This document shows, in pieces, positions 60,372 through 64,000 of a stretch of DNA of 64,000 nt. This DNA is from Bacteroidota bacterium. GTDB taxonomy: Bacteria > Bacteroidota > Ignavibacteria > Palsa-1295. The position numbers and the translations under genes were made by a program. The notes under the pieces were generated by a model that worked only from the letters and a program-made list of their open reading frames with translations, did not search any database and was not told the DNA's origin. Location: NCBI GenBank assembly GCA_021324685.1, contig JAJPIQ010000032.1:2878-66877 (forward strand). The letters are read 5' to 3'. The stretch's first letter is position 1. The number at the start of each line of letters is the position of its first letter.

Positions 60372-60833
60372 ATGCTCGCACTTCAGCCGATAACATTTAA
60401 GGACGCGAAAGCCTTTATCGCGGCTCATCACCGTCACCACGCTCCTCCTCGAGGCTGGAAGTTCGGAGTCGGATGCGCGAGCGTCGGCCGACTCGTGGGA
60501 ATCGTAACTGTCGGGCGTCCGGTCGCTCGCCACTACGACGACGGATGGACGCTGGAAGTCACTCGACTCTGCACAGACGGGACCAGAAATGCCTGCTCAT
60601 TTCTATATGCGGCGGCGGGAAAAATTACGCGCGCGCTCGGATACAGGCGGCTCATAACCTACACGCTGCCCGAGGAGGGTGGCGCAAGCCTCAAGGGGGC
60701 TGGATGGCGCTTAATCGGCGAGAGAGGCGGCGGGTCCTGGAGCCGTATTCGACGACCGCGAGAAGATAAACACGCGACACAAAAAAAAAGTATCTATGGG
60801 AACTCCAGCTCGCCGAGGCCGACCGTCGGGTAA
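60372..60833 (+). CDS. XF1762-like phage protein
   Basis: HHRHH, VGRPVAR, LEVTRLCTDG..NACSFLY, ITYTL..EGGASL. Confidence 0.8.
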   Translation: MLALQPITFKDAKAFIAAHHRHHAPPRGWKFGVGCASVGRLVGIVTVGRPVARHYDDGWTLEVTRLCTDGTRNACSFLYAAAGKITRALGYRRLITYTLPEEGGASLKGAGWRLIGERGGGSWSRIRRPREDKHATQKKSIYGNSSSPRPTVG

Positions 60834-61179
60834 GCTAAAGGACTACCCGCGCAGTCGCGGTCGCACGCAATATCAGTATGCGAATACGCGAGTGTCGGCG
60901 GAGGAATTCGCTAAGACCTTCGGGAACTGGATTCCGAGGCTTTTCACGACGGATCGGGGATGGTCGGGTATGGATATACTCTGGCTCACCCCCTATTGTA
61001 CAAAACGCTTTATGAGGAAACTGCGAAAACGGAGGGGCGATGAGTAAGCGGGCGAAAAGCGGAGTAATCAAGAAGACTCGCGGCGCCGACGTCAGGATGG
61101 GGAAGGCGAAGCTGCGCGAGTTGAAGCGGATTGAACGCGAAGCCTATCTTCGCGAGGGATGGAGGCAGGTGATAAATTA

Positions 61180-62067
61180 ATGGCAGACATACCATATTTC
61201 CCCCACGACTTCAACGCGCGGGGAACGAAGAAGCTGAAGAGACTTCGTCGCAAGCACGGACCAGGCGGCTACGGCCGATACTGGATGTTGCTCGAAATGA
61301 TGAGGGAATCTCCTCTTTATCGGATCGACTTGCTGGACGAAAATACGCTCGAGGATGTGATCGAGGATTTGGATTTCGCGACCGAAGAGGACCTCCGCGG
61401 CTTTTTAAAAGAGCTCGTCGATCTCCGACTTATCGAGGTCGACGGCAATATCATTTCGTCCGCCGGCTTCGATGAGCGCATGGCGTGGATGGACGCATTC
61501 CGACAAGGCAATTCGGAGCGGGCCAAGAAGGCTGCAAAGGCCAGGTGGGGGCGCGCTGGCGGAGAGAATGCTAACGATGCTCGAGCATTGCTCAAGCATG
61601 ACGAGCACATGCTAAGCAATGCTACCCACCCACCCACCCACCCACGTACCCACGTACGTACGGACGGGGCCCTTGTGCCTTCGGCACCGGGCCCGGATCG
61701 GGAGACAACGGTTTCTTACAGCCCAGCCCTGGACTACAAATATGGAGTCTGGAGTGAGAGGGACGGCGTGAGGTATTTCCGGCATGAGCGCTGGGCCTCC
61801 ATGAGTGAACAGGAGAGGCAGCGATACGTCGCCGATGGGCATGTGGACCCTCGCTATATCAAAGAGGATGGGACAACAAGGAGCTGGCTGCCGCCGGACC
61901 TGGAAGGTCGATCGAGCGACGAGCCAAGCGATGGTTTGAAGAGCGTCATCAGCGCGCGGTTGGGGAATAAGATAATCAACACTTACCCAACCCCCAAAAT
62001 AAGTGAATCTTCGCCCCACTCCCATATTGAGATCGAGGAGGAGGTGGAGGAGGGGGACCCGTTTTAA
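61180..62067 (+). CDS. Replication initiator-like protein (DUF4373/Lin1244-type N-terminus)
   Basis: YFPHDFNAR..LRRKHGPGGYGRYWMLLEMM, AAKARW; internal iteron-like repeats. Confidence 0.75.
   Translation: MADIPYFPHDFNARGTKKLKRLRRKHGPGGYGRYWMLLEMMRESPLYRIDLLDENTLEDVIEDLDFATEEDLRGFLKELVDLRLIEVDGNIISSAGFDERMAWMDAFRQGNSERAKKAAKARWGRAGGENANDARALLKHDEHMLSNATHPPTHPRTHVRTDGALVPSAPGPDRETTVSYSPALDYKYGVWSERDGVRYFRHERWASMSEQERQRYVADGHVDPRYIKEDGTTRSWLPPDLEGRSSDEPSDGLKSVISARLGNKIINTYPTPKISESSPHSHIEIEEEVEEGDPF
61568..61667. repeat. Iteron-like repeats, candidate phage origin
   Basis: TGCTCGAGCA, TGCTCAAGCA, TGACGAGCA, TGCTAAGCA, then CCCA and CGTA tetramer runs. Confidence 0.55.
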
Positions 62068-62739
62068 GGAGGGTTTCTGCACAATATAAAAACGGGAAAG
62101 AATGCTTTTTATATGGAAACCCACTTATACCACGAATTGAAGCGGGTACAGGGAGAACACCATCGTCGGGCGGCGCGCGAGGGGCCCCGAATTGAATCGG
62201 GGGCGGGCCTTTTTGAAAAAGGATGCTTTTTTTCTGGAAATCGACTTCGTTCCCGTGCCTGAGATCGAAGGACGGTTTCTAATTGAACTCGGAACTAATC
62301 TAAAACCCTCCGGTACGTTACGCCGTAGGTCATAATCGCGCCGTAAGTGTCGTTTTTGGTTCGTTTAACCGACAACACTCTGACTTGTTTTCATTGCCGC
62401 CGGTCGTATCGCTGTTTTACCTTTCTATTAGATAGTTTTTGTCTTTGTGAAATCGCTGGTTTGTCTATACAGCTAACCGGTTGTCTATGAAAAAGGTGTG
62501 CCAACGCTCGTTTTAGTGCAATTGCCACCGCTGGCAATCATTGGCACGGCATTGGTGAAGGTAGCCCAGTGAGTTCATTTTACAATTCACTTTCCTTCGG
62601 GACAGCTAAGGGTGACAGCCTTAGCGTGTAGAGAGTCAGTCAGTAGGTCAACACCCCGAACCCTCGGCTTTCCGCTAAACCCTGTCCTGATTGAATGTTC
62701 TTTGACAACCGCCGGAGCCTATCGCTCCAAGAACTCACT

Positions 62740-62824
62740 GGGAGTAGCGTCGTGCTACGGTATGCCTATAAAGGCCAATAGGGCCGGGTTTACGCCGTAA
62801 AGGGTTCAAATCCCTTTACTCTCT
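62740..62824 (+). ncRNA. tRNA-like RNA 4: rearranged D/anticodon region
   Basis: GGGAGTA/TACTCTC acceptor, AAGGG-TTCAAAT-CCCTT T arm, internal TACGG/CCGTA and CCTAT/ATAGG stems. Confidence 0.6.
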
Positions 62825-62849
62825 CAAATTCAACCTAAACGACACACTT

Positions 62850-63137
62850 ATGTATTCACACCGTTTCCAACCCGAGCAATTCCGGGAAGCGGTCTTACGC
62901 CGCTATCCTCGCATTCCATTAGAAGCATTAGATCGAATCGTTGACCGGGAAGCTCAGCGGCCCGTTAACCACTCGCTTTCTCCTGCCTCTTACGTTCCCC
63001 TCGCAGTCGCAAGTGTACACGGGTTCGTTCGTCATAACTTTACAAATTATGATATACTGCTCGAACGCACTATGCGACACATCGCACGCGACAAGGTGCG
63101 TCGCGCAGTAGAGAACTATCTTACCGCGTGGAGCTAA
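62850..63137 (+). CDS. DUF2293-like protein
   Basis: YPRIP, FVRHNFTNYDILL..ARDKV..YLTAW. Confidence 0.7.
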   Translation: MYSHRFQPEQFREAVLRRYPRIPLEALDRIVDREAQRPVNHSLSPASYVPLAVASVHGFVRHNFTNYDILLERTMRHIARDKVRRAVENYLTAWS

Positions 63138-63328
63138 TATGGAAACACTTCCATACTATACCAAAGACGTTTACGGGGTTCGGAGACATTATCTGCGAGA
63201 CCCCGAACAGGCCCGGCACGTTGTCGCGCTGACGGGGAAAAGACGCCGCTAAAAACCCCAAATGGAGATTTTTACGGGGGGTTAACTCCCTCCGCGGGTT
63301 CACTATTCTTTAAAACCTAAACGACAAC

Positions 63329-64000
63329 ATGGACGAAGAACTACTAACACTGCTCGAATCGGCACCGGCGGTTCTTGAGCCGGATATAGGAACGGAGCCG
63401 GAAGAAGAAGAGCCGGAACCGTTTTGCTCGTGCGGAAGGTGCGGCGAAGTTATCGAAAAAGAATCTGACGCACACCGCGTTCGCGTTCGTAATTCTGGCG
63501 AACCATACGAAAACTGGTGTACCGACTGCACGGATTATGCCGCTTTCGACCCGCATCACACGGAGTTATACAGTGACGAGCTGTGGGATGAATGCTACTT
63601 TTGTTGCGACAACTGCAATGAAATCTATTCGCGAGACTACTATTTCGGCGATGGAATTTGTGAGGATTGCGCTCCGAGGGACGACGACGAAGAAGACGAT
63701 TCCCCCTTAAGGGACTACGGCACACGTGCCGAAAAGGTACACGGATTCTACGGCGCTCACCGTGCGAACTGGAGCGGATTATACGAATCCGGGTATAAGG
63801 TTCACGGGGAAACATTGTATTTCGGAATGGAACTCGAAATAGAATGTCTTTCCGACGCCGAGGATTTACGAGCCGCTATCGACCGTATTAACGACTTACT
63901 CGCGGGATTCGCGATTTTAAAATCCGACGGTTCCCTTACACGTGGGTTTGAGATTGTTACCGCGCCTGCTACGATGCCTGAATTCAAGAAGCGAACGGCA
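63329..64000 (+). CDS. Putative amidoligase with N-terminal Cys-rich region (3' truncated; not in ORF track)
   Basis: Hand translation is open to the window end: CxxC pairs, YFGMELEIE, KSDGSLTRGFEIVTAP. Confidence 0.8.
   Translation, partial: MDEELLTLLESAPAVLEPDIGTEPEEEEPEPFCSCGRCGEVIEKESDAHRVRVRNSGEPYENWCTDCTDYAAFDPHHTELYSDELWDECYFCCDNCNEIYSRDYYFGDGICEDCAPRDDDEEDDSPLRDYGTRAEKVHGFYGAHRANWSGLYESGYKVHGETLYFGMELEIECLSDAEDLRAAIDRINDLLAGFAILKSDGSLTRGFEIVTAPATMPEFKKRTA

Larger units (their letters stand above)
22272..64000. mobile_element. Podovirus-like prophage (continues beyond window)
   Basis: Terminase, portal, capsid, tail and lysis genes on minus strand; early/replication genes on plus strand; starts at the broken tRNA; no tape measure or sheath gene recognised. 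Confidence 0.92.

Noticed and set aside
62067-62330. Coding region after the initiator gene
   Set aside because: No ORF; many homopolymer runs suggest decay or low-quality sequence.
22272-64000. CRISPR array, DGR/retron, integrase, recognisable defence genes
   Set aside because: No repeat-spacer array, reverse transcriptase motif or recombinase seen by eye.

Overview
Two parts. 1-22,271 is host chromosome, probably an FCB-superphylum bacterium (inferred from sprA): 3' part of sprA, a TPP riboswitch heading thiD-thiC-thiO-thiS-thiG-tenI/thiE-thiE-thiF, then SDR, yqeY, cvpA, mutS2, biotin carboxylase, purL and a HAMP/PAS kinase with a sigma-54 regulator. At 22,233-22,271 a tRNA-Asn(GTT) stops exactly at the end of its anticodon loop. 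From there to beyond 64,000 lies a podovirus-like prophage. Minus-strand late genes: TerS, TerL, portal, scaffold, capsid, five tandem adaptor/ring-like genes, nozzle, 1855-aa polyvalent ejection protein, fibres, lysis. Plus-strand early genes: HNH, DEDDh exonuclease, HD protein, replication initiator, amidoligase. No integrase or repressor is in the window. Main observations: (1) four tRNA-like RNAs with intact acceptor and T arms but enlarged, rearranged or missing anticodon arms, placed between early genes; (2) the tRNA is broken, not restored, at this att junction; (3) a 12-nt motif ACCTAAACGACA at three early start codons and in a structured region at the prophage end that also carries its complement; (4) a small phage-like gene overprinted in the 1855-aa gene. 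All calls are by eye; no searches were run. Some frameshifts near the right end may be homopolymer errors.
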